From Lama glama (taxonomy: Eukaryota), in the NCBI GenBank assembly GCA_028534125.1, contig CM052816.1:82338001-82402000 (forward strand): a stretch of 64,000 nucleotides of DNA, in the 5' to 3' direction. Below the pieces are notes generated by a model. It saw nothing but the letters and a program-made list of their open reading frames with translations, searched no databases and was not told where the DNA came from. Made by a program: the position numbers and the translations under genes. Shown here piece by piece: positions 39,250 through 52,013 of this stretch (position 1 is its first letter; each line of letters starts with the position of its first letter).

Positions 39250-39495
39250 CATACTGGTTAAAAGGATGGGCTCTGGAGCCAGACTGCCTGGAATCCAATT
39301 CCACCTCCCATGTTTCCCAGCTGAAAACCTTTGGCCTGGCATTTGATCCTACCCTGATTCAATTTCCTCTTCTGTAAAACAGAGAGAGTAGTACCAGTTG
39401 TTTAGGATTTTTATTAAGATCAAATACATGAAAGTGTTCAGGACTGTGCTTAGCACAGACGAATATTTGATGTGATACTATTACTAATATTATCA
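39250..39495 (+). mobile_element. MIR SINE, near full length
   Basis: GGGCTCTGGAGCCAGACTGCCTGG...TTTCCTCTTCTGTAAAAC...GTGCTTAGCACAG. Confidence 0.85.
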
Positions 39496-40419
39496 CCTTC
39501 TGCTTCAGAATTAGAAATAGTTGCACTTGTTATTATGTTTTTCTGTTTTATAGAGGATCTAAAATATAATGGATCACGTGTGTGTCTTCTCATTGGCTGC
39601 TAGAAAGTTTTATGTCAAACTGGATGCATCTATTTAGTAAATAAACTACATACATCTTTTGTCCTGCCTCCATTTATTTTCCTACCCTTCATTTTCCTCT
39701 GTATATTTCTTAAGTATTCCTGATTATTCTTATTTTGCTGTATTATGTGCACCTTTGCATGTCATCTTGATTTCCCTCTGAAACAATACAGAAAATAAAC
39801 TAAGAGCAAACAAACCTATCTGAGCTCTCCTGCATGGACAAGTATGATCAGTAAAATGAATTATTTTCCAGCATGAACTTCATGTGAAGTTTGCTTTTCT
39901 GCTGACATTCTGAGCTTCCGTTTATTTTCAGCTGTCTTTTAGCTTTAGGGATAAACTGATCCAGTCATCTTCAATAGCAGTACTCCAACAAGTTCCTGCA
40001 GTCACATTATTTCCCAGATGTCTTCAAATATATTGCATTGCTGCAAATTGATTTTTAGCTTGTCTTTAAACATAACATCTGAGTTCCCTGTGCCCATTTG
40101 GCCTTTCTGAGGTCACCAAAGACAATAGTGTGTGTATTTAAATTTGCTACACGAGATGGTATTAAAAAGCAACCATATACTCTACATGTCTTGTGTTAAA
40201 AGGCCATTTCACTAATACAAATAAACCTGTTTGGAAATGGTGAGCCTCCTAAAGTTTATTCTCGAGAGACTTAATTAAAGTGCTTGAGGAATTTTACTAT
40301 GATCTTTTGATACAATGAGTATGAGAAACTTTTATGATCAACCACCCGAAGTCTAGTAGAAGGACAAGGCTTTATTTTCTCCTTTTTAATTTAGTGGTTA
40401 ATGACACAACCCTTAGGGT

Positions 40420-40760
40420 CTTATCAGCCATTTTTAATCAGGGAAGCAAAACCCTCTAGTGGGGTTTGATACAGGCAGTCGGTTACCAAAGTGAAGGCTG
40501 GGCAGGAGAAGGAAGAAGGATGTAGTGGTATTTTCCAGAGCCTTAGGAATCTGCACTCACCACTGACATGGCTAGAACCCTTGTTTTGAGCAGGACCCCA
40601 GGAGCCCAGACTCTCACTAAGGCTTCTACTGTGTTCCATCGTTCTTCGCTCCTAATCTTGTTCACAGAGTTTAACTGGCAGACATCCGGCAAGGGGTTCT
40701 GGGAAGTGCAGTTCCCAGCTTCTCCCAATGGTGATTCACGGGAGAGTAGAGAAGAACATA
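40420..40760 (-). mobile_element. Ancient ERVL/MaLR-type LTR remnant
   Basis: GGCAAGGGGTTCTGGGAAGTGCAGTTCCCAG motif typical of old LTRs. Family uncertain. Confidence 0.4.
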
Positions 40761-42804
40761 TTTTCCTGCATATAGTTCTGTTCTCAACTTTTTTTTATGA
40801 CTCTGAGTCACTTTGTTTCCCTGTTCCTCTCATGCGATGTATTCGTGTAAGTATTCTAATTTTAAAACGTTTTGAACTATATGAAAAACGTCTAACTTCT
40901 GGACTATGTCAGTTATGTCAGAAACACTTACGGGAGTCACTTATACGAGTCTAACTAAAAATATTTTAGATTATTTTTCTGCTAGTTGTATGGTTTTTAC
41001 CAGACCTTAAGTTGTAACATTTTTTGCTGGGGGAAAACACTTAATGCACCTCTTCATTATTTTAGCTACCCGAATTCCATGTTTCCTAGTAGGGGTCGAA
41101 ATAATTTCATTCTTGTATCTGAACACTTTCTGGGCCTTGTTTATTTGGGTTTGGTTTTCGTTTGGTTTCCTGATTCTCATAAACATGCATTTGTTTTTAA
41201 CTGTCCTGTGTCAAAATAGGGTTTTGAGCATTTGGCTCCTACATCAAAAAGGGTGGTTGATCAACTTTCATCTTGACTGCCAAAACATTCAGATGAATCA
41301 GATTCTTAAAATGCATCTTAAAATGCATCCAAAAAGACTAAGGCATTCAAGTAGCAATGGCAGAATTGCTCCGAGCTGCACCAATGTAACTGGGTTGGCA
41401 AGTCAACGGGGTCTGAGTGGGAGGGCTCATCTCTCTCCAAAGCCCTTTGTCCCCAGAAGGGTTTCTTATCATTTTGGCAATGGTTGTCAGGACTCAGTTG
41501 AGCCCTGGAATGTGGTGTGACTTCTGTAAGTGTTTCTGACATAACTGACATAATCCTGCAGGCTTTTGACAAGTTTGTCAACCTAATGAATGGGCAACTA
41601 GGCCTTAAGACCCCAGTAAAGCTTGTATAAATTGTTCAGGAGAGAGTGCAAGATCCAGGTAACCAAATAATGGTGTCAGTTACTCTGCTTGCCTGCCTGC
41701 CTGCTGATGACACTTCTCAACAGATCAAAATTTTAAAAAAAAATCATCTTTGAAATAAATATTCATCTTTGGGAGCATAATGTAGCATATGTCTTATAAC
41801 AGGTTTCTTTTTAAAGTTTTTTGTCACGTTTATCTCGTCCTTTGTTTATATTTTCTTGTATATGTGCTGTAGCTGGAATGCTTCATGCTTTAGGCCTCTG
41901 ATGAATTCTGGCACCACCTGAAAGGTTTGGGTTACTGTGGTGAATGTTTCCCAGAAAAAAAAATGGAACAGCGACTACTAAGTAACTTTGCTGAGGTGAG
42001 GATTAACCAGAGTAATTACAATTGCTTGGGATTTTGTCTTCCAGGGACAATGTTCTATGTGGAAATCACCAGGGCCTCTGACATCCAAGTGTCACTCTAT
42101 TTGAGCAGAATCGTAATGAACAATAGTATTTGAGAGCTGGACATAAAAATGGTAATTGCACAATGCCTGCAAATTATTAAAGAAAATAAAATTATATTCT
42201 GTCTTTATTCTTCCGCTTCAGAGGTGTGCCATTTGGCACTGCAGACTAGATCTACTCAAGTATCTAAACTAGACCAGGGTTTTAATGTTTAAGTCCATTT
42301 TTCTATGGGCTCAGGTCCCTGGCACTTCAGAAAATCTGTGATGCTAACTTCGTACGTGGATTAGAGTATCTCCCAGTGCAGAGAGGTCTGAGTTTCCTGA
42401 AGCCTATGACGTAGCTGATACTTTTACTCAATGGAGTGTGAAGGCACAGAAGAGTGTGGTCTCATCATCACTCAGTTTTCATGTGCTGTGAGTTTATAGT
42501 TTATCCTGCCTTTTGGACGGACTTGAATCTTGCAATAATCTGATTGAAGATACTCATCCTCCTCGTTCCTATTTTCATTCACTGTTAAAAACTGGAAGGA
42601 GCGTTAAAGATGGTCACATCCAGTGACACTCATTCTTCCCCCAGGGCTATTATCCTTAGTAGGCAATAAAGTGATGGGGCCGTAAGAATGAGGATGAAGT
42701 TAAACACATAGAGCCCTGCACTCTTCCCTTCTTCTCAGATGAAAGGAGTTCTGGATCCATTTTGTATATTTGGGGTTCTCATGACACGTAATTCCGCTGC
42801 TAAC

Positions 42805-42940
42805 CAGCCCCTCCTATATTTCAGACGAGGGAGCTTACCTCCAGAGAAACAAAGTGATTTGCACAAGACCACAAACCTATTTCATGGCCAACTTCAGAGT
42901 CCAGATCTCCTGGATCCTAATTCGGTGAATTTTTTTTCTC
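42805..42940 (-). mobile_element. MIR (MIR3/MIRc-like) fragment
   Basis: TTTCAGACGAGGGAGC...AAGTGATTTGCACAAGACCACA. Confidence 0.6.
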
Positions 42941-43459
42941 TTTTTTAATTCAGTAAATAAGTTTCTGATAGGATTTCTGATGGAAGTGGAGGAGAAAAAA
43001 AATCTCATCCTTTCAAAATACTTACAGTCGAATGAAAGAATAGATGCACAGATGAGTATACCAGATATACACAGGGTCTCTTAACAAAGGAAGGCTGCTC
43101 ATGTCTTTTAAAGTTAGTCAAGAGAAGTTTCATAAAACTCCTATCTCTTTAAGATTTTTCTGTTATAAAATTTGCAAAGGCATTCTAGAAACTTTCTGAG
43201 GAGTTGATTATTTATGGAATTCTTACTCTATACTCGTATTTCATAAAAATAGGTAACAAAGTATTTGAGCACACACAATATTTCTTATCTAGAATTTCTA
43301 GTGTGTCCTGCTTCCAATATGGATTTTTTCCTCTTCATTTGAATTATTTGAATCACATATTGCTTGCCCTTCAACCTCAGAAATGTGCCTTGTCTGGTGG
43401 GAGTAAACAGTTGCTATAAAAAAGTTAAGATACTTAATTATTTCATATAACAAGTGACC

Positions 43460-43900
43460 CCAAGGCCTGTGGCTTCAGGGGTGGCTCTATAATGACATCA
43501 CGATCCAGGGTCTCTTTCCCCCTCAGTGTGCTGGCTTTGCTTCCTCTGCACACCGTTGCGTGGTTGTGAGATGCTGCTATGGCTCTGGCTTCAGGTATTC
43601 ATGCAGCAGCTTCTCTAGCAGGGGATGAGGCACAGGGGAACAACAGTTTTCCAAACAGAGCTCTGTCAAATAGATCTGTGTTCATCTGCTAAGGATCCTT
43701 GATTATTTTGATTCTGTATTTTGATCAAACAGACTAGATACAATGTATTGGTTTATATTAAATAGAGTTCTTTAGATATGGGCTGTCCAACATTGGTGTG
43801 TGTGTGTGTGTGTGATGTGACACTTGTCTATTCCTCACTACCTATCCTGGGGGTGATGTGAGAGGAAACAGTGTTTGCTCACACAGTCCACACTGACGAT
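43460..43900 (-). mobile_element. Old MaLR LTR (MLT1K/L-like) containing a (TG)n at ~43797-43814
   Basis: GGCTTCAGGGGTGGCT...GGTTGTGAGATGCTGCT antisense MLT1 motifs. Confidence 0.45.
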
Positions 43901-43989
43901 AGTGGGCTGAAACACCACTATGATGTTTTCCTTAAAAATATAACTGCTATCTCTAAGGTAAAAGGAGTAAGATAAAGCTAATACTTACC

Positions 43990-44812
43990 CATAAATCTTT
44001 GCTCTCCCTCGCTCACCATAAGTAAATTCAGTCTATCATTGAGCACTATCAACGTTTTTGCCTAAATGTCTTTCTCCTTCTGTGCCACAGATATGGTGCT
44101 TCAAGCTGCCATAGCCTCTTGCTAGGCACTCCAGAAGCCTCCTAAATGGCCTTCCCATAGACACTCGACCCCTTCTCCGATCTGTTCTCCACTCTGCGGT
44201 CAGCGTAATTGGCTCAAAATGCATATTTTGTTACCACTTTGCTTAGAAAAGTTCAAAAAACGCCATTGCTCTTAGGAAAAAAATAGAAAAATGTTACTTG
44301 CCATTGGTAAAACTTGCCGTGGGCTGGCTCACCCTAATCACTCCAGCTCCATCTACAGGGCACTGTTGGTTCTCTGAACTCCCACACCAGTAGCACTTCA
44401 GTCCCTCAGGTGCACTCCTTCCTTCCTGTCAAGGATCATTTAATGCACTGCTCCCTCCACCGGCAGGTTCCTTGGCACCTGTCTGCTCCTACAGGCTACT
44501 CTTTATTCTTTAGATTTGGGCTGTGCTGTGAATTTCTCAGGAAAACTTTCTCTGACCTTGTTCTCTTAGCACATCTTCTCTATATCATTTACACCAATCT
44601 GTAATTTTACAATCATCTTTCTAATTGTGTGGTTAATATTCACCTCTCCCCATTGGATAAATGGGCAGCTTCATGGGGGCTGGACTATATCCGCCTACTT
44701 TTTAAATTCATCTTTGTGTTCAAAATGCTTAACATGACACTTCTTGGCAAACAGTAAGTGCTCAAGGTGTGTGTGTTAACTGGTTGTATCAATAAGTGAA
44801 TAAATAAATAGT
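43990..44812 (+). mobile_element. L2 LINE 3' region
   Basis: AGCCTCCTAAATGGCCTTCCC...CTTCATGGGGGCTGGACT...CAGTAAGTGCTCAA and a (TGAA/TAAA) tail. Confidence 0.8.
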
Positions 44813-45379
44813 ATTTATTATGCTATCTGATCTCTGCATCACTCAAATATTTTGATAGCTGAGTTTATATAGTCGATGTGGCTCTAGGTCATTTTGGGTC
44901 ATTTTGGGTCCTCTGCTTTAGAAAATTGGTTAGAAAATTTTCTTTCATTATTAATTCTCCAGAAAAAAATTCCTCATGCATCTTTTATATGCTATATATG
45001 TAGGGTCTTGTCAGAGAACTTCAACGTGCAAAGATGAGTTTTCTCTTAATAAAGTTGGAATCTGTAAATGTATGATTCTTGAATTCAAAAGTCAAAATAC
45101 AATTAAAATGGTGAAATTTTTTGGCTTTCTGTATATGGATTTGAGTTTGGAGAGATCCAAATGTCACTTGCAGTAAAAGTCTGTTGACTAGAAAGGTATA
45201 GTCAAAATAAACATTAAAAAAGGTTAAATTGACATGGCTACAGAGTTCAGGTGATCTCTTTCCTGACACTCCTTTTAAATTATTCTATTTTTCTGAAATT
45301 GTAGTATTAATATTATTATGTTTGCATCTGTCAATTCAATAAAATTAAAGATCTCTTATTAAGTGGATACTATATGTCA

Positions 45380-45700
45380 TTTATTAATTCAATGAATAGT
45401 TATTGGTTGCCTCCTACTTGCCAGCCATAAAGTTGTATTTTTCTTGTCAGGAATTTATCTATGAAAATGACACAATCTGTTATTTTCTTGGAACAAACAA
45501 TGTGGACAAGAAATTTAAAATACAGCATGTTAAGTGCAAGTCCTTTGTTAGAAGTAAGCAAAAGAGGTGATGAAAGCATATATTAAATGTCCCTAACTCA
45601 ATTTTCTTGACAAAGGAGAGGAGAATTGAGGGAGGGCTTCCTGGAAGATATAATATTTGAACTAAATTCAGAAGGGCAAGTAGAAGCTTTTAGCTAAATA
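45380..45700 (-). mobile_element. L2 LINE 3' fragment
   Basis: GGGAGGGCTTCCTGGAAGATATAATATTTGAACT. Confidence 0.6.
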
Positions 45701-47167
45701 TCTATTAATTAAGATGCCAGTTTTCTTATTGTGCTGAACTATTTAAGTATTTTCTCCCCAGCTCTTAAATTTTTTTTTCTCTTTCACCTATACACTGGAG
45801 CGTTCTTGAGAAAGGGAAATATATTTATATTTTTAGGTATCTAACAAATTAACATAAGACTATGCATCATAGATACGCATTGGTGATTTCTCTCACTAAT
45901 ATTAAGTGGATTAAAGCTTTGCAGTGATGGTTCTGGGAGGCTGAAAAAGCTACTTGGACCAGATTCTACCGTGAGCTGTGATTTATTTAAATTACTTAGC
46001 TCTAGTTACCGCCAACAATCCTACGACCTGGGAAGACTCTAAGTGCCTCTCCATATGTGGGCATTCATAGGTGACATACCTATTGGGAAATGCTCAGATT
46101 GAATTACAATTTCTACCTATTATTTTCTTTCTTGGAGTCTTACGGAAAGCATTGCGAATGTTTCTGTTATCCCTCACATAACTTCTGGATATAGATAACT
46201 GAACTTTCTCCGGTCCTGAAATTTGGGCCTGTGCATTGTCACAGACTCATAGGAGGGACAGAATTTTTGAAATAATGTTGAGTGGGTTCTATCTTCAGAA
46301 GGGATGCCTGCAGAGCATTTGGTAAATACACTCAGTTGCTGATCGGGCTCAGCCATCTGTTTTTCCTTTTCTATCCCCCCTCTTTTATCTGTCGCTTCTT
46401 TTACTCTCAAAACAGTTGGGGGATGTTTCAAAAAATACATATGAATTATTTTAATTTAGAAGAATGCACCATTTTTAACTATTGTGAATTAAAGATGCAC
46501 CAGATATCTTGATTCCTAGGACCATCTTCAGAACCAATAAATGGGTATTTAGTTGATCTTGAGGGAAGACAAGGTAAACTCCCTCCAAGATCATTCTTGG
46601 AGAGAGAAGAAAAAGTGACCTTATTGTTGAATTACTTCCTTGCATTTACTCCCTAAGAAATATTGCTTCTGACATTTATTGTGAAAGCTGTTAAGTTTGT
46701 TGTTTGTGTTTTGTTTCTGACTGGTAGCATCTCCAGTTATTTTCCATCTTCTGGGAGTCCCCTTCCGATGGATTATTTATTTTCTATTAAGTTGGTCTTC
46801 TCCACCCACCCAAGTATGCTTGATGAGCTAAACTAATCTTTCTTCAGAGTTCACGTGTCAAGACCTTACCTTATTTTTAGAAGGACTTCTTTTTACTTTT
46901 CCACACTTCTTCAACTGGGTGATGCCCAGACTGTTTTAATATCCCAAATGCAGCTTTCTAATGCTTCGTAAAATAGCAATAGAACCTCTCATTATGGAAT
47001 GTTTCTTTTTAATCATGTTGGGTTATCTCTGACCTTTTCTTTTTCTCTAAGAATGCCTTGAAGCCTAAAAAGCATTTATGCCAAGTGCTCATTTAAATGA
47101 AGCAATATAATGTTAAAAGAGAAGCACACAGAGGCAGCTGCTTACTCACTGTGAAGTCACTTACCTG

Positions 47168-47330
47168 ACAGTTCTAACCATTTGAAGTTTCAGTAAATGC
47201 TGGAAAAGGCCTCTGAGTTGTGGCAGTTGCTTATGACATGTTTCCCCGGAAAGAATCTGTGGGGTGGGGCTTGGTGGCTGTGCTCCTAACAAGACCCTCA
47301 GGATTTCACTGTGAAGCTCTTTAAACCCTA
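47168..47330. mobile_element. MER5A/B-like hAT-Charlie MITE, degenerate
   Basis: AGAATCTGTGGGGTGGGGC...TAACAAGACCCTCAGGATT resembles the MER5A internal sequence. Confidence 0.5.
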
Positions 47331-48690
47331 TTTATGAGGTTTTCTGATTTCTCACCATCGGCAGATGGGAAAAAGCAAAAGTAGAAACCAGAAAGGAAAC
47401 AAAGAGCAGATGTGTTTTGAAATGGAGATGATATAAATAATGAACACACTGGAAAATTTACCCCACTTTATGACTGTTCTGATTATGAAAGATAAAAGCA
47501 TTTTGTTGACCTTTTTGCATACATTTTGCCAATAGCCTAAATGGTTTTTGAGTACGAAAGAATGTTTTTAGTTTAGATTCTGGGGTTCCTTTTTGAAAAA
47601 TAGGAATAATAGAAGACAGAAATGTGAGTTATACAGATGATTCTTCTTACTGAGTAGGATATTTTGTAATCAGAAAATATGATATATTTCAAAGAGCTTT
47701 CAGGTTCAATTATTAATTATACACAAACTACACTGTTTATCAGCCTCTTTCTTTATTCAGTTCTAGAATTGTATAAAACAAACTTCCTTAACCAATACCC
47801 CCGCTGGGTATTTGGGAGAGTCAAACTGAAATATTTTGACCTATGGGAATTACATCTATTTGTTTTAAAACAGATTTAAATAATGTACGCATTAAATAAG
47901 TCATTTTGTTTTATACCTCACATGTTAATGAAAATGAGAACATTTTAGTTCAGTCCTTTGAATAACTTGTCCACCTTTTAAGCAGTTCTCACGTAAGGAA
48001 GAATCTTCTAAGAATCTTCTAAGACTAGATTTTGAGGTGTTATAAATCATGAAATCATGGATGCTAGAAATGGGAGGGTCCGAAGACCACCCCCAAGTGC
48101 GCTGGTGATGGTGAAAATAACATAAGGGACACCACACTTCTCTGTCCTCTAGTTCCTAGTATGACAGACTCTGCCAACAGCATTGTGCCAAAGACAATTC
48201 AGAATGCAAAAGCTCATGCCGTTTAAGATAGCAGATACACTTTCTCTTAGACAGCCTTGTACATGTTTTCGTTAACATCAAATTACAATAATAAGTGACA
48301 TATGCTTGCACCTTTTGGATTTTGTGCCAGTGACAGCACACTGCAGTCCAGCTCTCACCGTACCCGACGTTTCAAGGGCATCGCGCGTCAGCCTCTGTGA
48401 TATCACCCATCCCTGCTTCTTCATGGCCCTAGGATGCCCTGTCAAGCATTTCACTGACGTTTTAACAGTTGAATAAACTACTAAGATTATTTCTGGTTTA
48501 GGGGGGTAGGTCTGTATAGCAGCATGTGAAGGGAATCTTGGCTAACAGATGCGGAACTCAAATGTAAATCATTAAAAATTCAAATATTCTTCTATTTGGT
48601 TGTGGTTATTAGTCCTGTTTTGGGCCTGATGGTGCTGGCTGTTCCTTTAGCAATTTTGCAAAGAGAAAACCAAATAGAATAAAAGGCTGA

Positions 48691-48796
48691 TTCTCTCTTC
48701 TTCCCCCCTCCTCCCCTCCTCTCCCCTCCCCTCTCTTCTCCTCCTCTCTCATCTCCTCCTTCCTCCCTCTTCTTTTTTGCCTTTGCTCTTTCTTTT
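48691..48796. repeat. ~105-nt polypyrimidine (CT-rich) tract, followed by (AAAAC)n at ~48880-48918
   Basis: Read directly from the sequence. Confidence 0.9.
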
Positions 48797-50377
48797 AAGG
48801 TAAACATGGCAGTGAGGTGCTATTTTTATTTTGCTTGGATGTTTCCTTCCTGACCTGCCCCCTCCTCGGCCCCTGCCAGAAAAAACAAAACAAAACAAAA
48901 CAAAACAGAACAAAAAACAGTAAAACAGTTAGGCTAGGTATTTCTTCAGTGTAATGGCAAAAGGTAAAATGGGAGAAAATTTCCTCATTCTACCAGTTTC
49001 TTTGAAAACTGGATCCGAGGAATAACCTAGTTTGTGAAACAGTGTTTTGATCAGTAACAGCAACGGCTTAAAACGTGTGTTCTCTGCGATAGTGTGTTTT
49101 TTGATTTGCCAAGTTTTGAACCATTACAAATCGATAAACTAACCAGTCATCCTATACACCTGGGCAGCCTGCTGCTTTCCTGGATGATGCCCTTAACTTG
49201 ATTTGGCAGAGGACAAGGGAAGTGTGGGCTCGCTGTTAGCTCTGGGTAATGTGTGTGTTGAGAAACCTGAGTCTATTTCCTGGAGACACCCCAAACTTAA
49301 AAGTTTTTACGTTCCCCCATACACCACTGAGTTGAGTTCAAAGAAGTTGTCAATGTCTGTTTGATAGCAGCAGTGTGGTCTTGTTGGGCATGGCTGCATT
49401 TTAATCACTTCATGGATGTTAAAGGCTTTAGTTCCAGTTTATTCCTGCCTGTCTCTTGCTTCCAAAATTCCCCTTAATCTGGCTCTTGATAGGAGGGACT
49501 TGCCTCTAGGAGACAAGCAGAAGCAAAAGATAACAGGAAGGCCCACACTATGCTGGGGTGTCTTGAAACATGAAAGGTCAGACCCTACATTTCTCTAAAA
49601 ATAAATCTCTTTCCACATACTTAGTAAAAGTACTATCATTTTTAAAAAAAGACTTCACTTTCGATTTCTTCCTTCCTTTCTCCCTAGAAAAATACGCCAA
49701 TATATTTTAAACTGTGGCTGATTAACTGTTGACAGAGCCTTTGGGAGGTTTAGTTCAAACCTCCCAAGCCCATTTTTAAACCCCTGTGGAGGGGTAACTG
49801 ACAAGGTGTCTGGCATCACAATAAGCACAGTGCCCCAAGGGCCTTTTGGGGTGTGAGTCTATATTAGTATCATTATCAGTATTATTTTTCCCTCCCTTTC
49901 TTCCTTTTGCATAAATTGAAATTCCCTTCAAAACTTGGGCAGCATGTTATTAAAGTGTCTGTATCCAAAAAAAAAAAAAATGCAAATGATTTTCTTCTGG
50001 AGGAACCGGCAGCCGAGGAGGCTTTGAAGGCAGCGCTTTTGTTGTGAATCTGAGAGCCATTGTTACCTAACAGATTCATACCCCAGGCAGAATTGCTGTG
50101 GAATTGTATGCATAAAACACAGCGTCAGCCTGCTCTGTCTCAAGGAGAAGCAGGACCACCGATGTCCATCAAAAAGGAAAATGTACGGGCCTCCACATCC
50201 GTAGTGGTAAAGCAGGTCGCGTGCCCCTTAACCCTTCTGTCTGTGCAGTGTCAGGGAAAGAGTGGAACAAATCCCAAGTGTGCTTTGTCCTCCCACTGAA
50301 ATGTCTGTCTTATCCTACTGACAAGATCATTTTCAAGGGCCACTCAAAAATAACATCTTGTATTCTGCTTTTTTGTG

Positions 50378-50495
50378 TGATACACATACACATGTGCATC
50401 TGCATTTACATATATATACATACATACATACCTATATATAAATACATGTGTGTGTAATCTATTATCTATCTGTCTGTCTGTCTGTCTATCTATCT
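50378..50495. repeat. Compound (CA/TA/TACA) and (TCTA/TCTG)n microsatellite
   Basis: Read directly from the sequence. Confidence 0.85.
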
Positions 50496-52013
50496 TTTTA
50501 ACCTCTAGAGAGATACTGACTAAAAGCAATTGGAGAAAGAAACCCTTTGGTGTCAAAGATAACCTGTTGAATCTGCCAAGGCTACCATACCCTTCTGTCA
50601 CTGTGGGGTTTGGTGTGTGCAGAGTGGGGAGGAAAAGCGAGGATGCTTTCGTATGTTTGTGTTTAAAACAGTATAGAAAGGAGGACTTCAATGTTTTTGT
50701 CTTCAGAGAGATTCCACATACTGATCTTTATATAACAATGAGGGTGAGAGAAGTTAGAATAACAGTTGTCCTGGACCTCAGATTCTAGTCTGGGCATCTG
50801 CCTACCAGGGGGTCCACAGTCAGCTATGACATACTCAGCAGTGCTGTATGAAAAATAAATTAGGATTATTTAATGGCAGGAGTCTTAAGTCAATGATGAT
50901 GCCTAGTTGGCAGATTTTTTTTTTTTTTTTTTTTGGCTTGGTGCGTTTCCTCCTCTGTAAATCAGGAATGAAAACAGGGAGACTTCTTGTTTAATCTGGA
51001 GATGTTATCATGAAGGAACATTTGTATTTCAAAAGTTGTATTCTTTGGAAGGCACTAAATCCAGAGCAGTCAATTACTAAATATTTTTTATATTCGTGAA
51101 ATTTGGTTCACTAGAAATGTCATATTTTAAGAAATTTAAGTGCTAATTAAAAACTTTAAGTTGTGAGCATTGTTCAGAAAACATACGGGTGGCGTAGGAG
51201 CATTCCTGTTTATCAAATTTGTTTCAGTCTTTATGAGATGAATATGAAAAGAGGAAAGAAAGAATTTCACCACGGAGAAATGAGATTACTTTACTTTGCA
51301 ATAAAAGAATAACTACACAAATATACAATCTGATTTTAGATAAATTGTGTATATTAATTTCCTAAATTTCTTTAGAACTAAAATGACGTACTCAATGACT
51401 TGCATTTTGTAACTGTTTTCACTGTTTTTTAATTCAAGTTGAATAAATATCCTTCATGGAATTTAAAATGTTTAACACTAAAAGTATGTCCTCCGAGGTT
51501 CTTTTCCCGTGAAACAATTGATAACTCATTTGAAATTGAATCATTTAGCTGTATTTTCCTTATTGTTTCATGATACTAAAGTTTACACATTTTAAGGGCT
51601 AACCAAACTCAGAATCATTACTCAGTGAACTATCCAAAGTTTCTAATGTCCTTCCCTGTTCTCCAAGTTGTGATCTCTTAGAGGGCAAGTTCATTGGTTA
51701 TCAAGAGCTTTGGTTTGTCTTGATTTTGATAAACTATTTTGTAATCACTGAATCTAAAGGCACTTCCTAATGAAACTGTTGTTCCCACAGTCCCCGCATC
51801 TTCCCTCTTCTCCTTGAACTCCGGAAGCAGTATATTGGGGAGTATGAGCCAAGACGTTTTAGCAATAGCTGACTCATCACTTTCCTGTCCAAAGACATGC
51901 AAAATCATGGATGATAACATGTAGATATTATCTTATTGTAGATAATAGTGTTCAAAATTGGCTCAGGGTTATTCCTGAAAAGTGATGATATTTTAATTTG
52001 AATCTCAAGTTAA

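Noticed and set aside
41044..41520. 158-aa + strand ORF with a possible internal acceptor at ~41219
   Set aside because: No recognisable domain, low-information composition, and a weak acceptor (AAAATAG). ORFs this long occur by chance in 64 kb. PhyloCSF or BLASTP would settle it.
47159..47340. - strand first exon: ATAAATA TATA-like box and a perfect CAG|GTAAGT donor at 47165
   Set aside because: The putative exon body resembles a degenerate MER5 transposon and lies opposite the inferred transcription direction. It is not supportable without RNA data.
41304..48024. Short perfect tandem duplications (41304 CTTAAAATGCAT x2; 44888 GGTCATTTTG x2; 48001 GAATCTTCTAA x2)
   Set aside because: Ordinary 10-12 bp slippage duplications with unrelated units and no repeat-spacer or CRISPR-like array.
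51981..52013. Possible short 3' transduction between the L1 tail and a degenerate TSD
   Set aside because: Only ~15 nt, and the TSD match is imperfect in AT-rich DNA.
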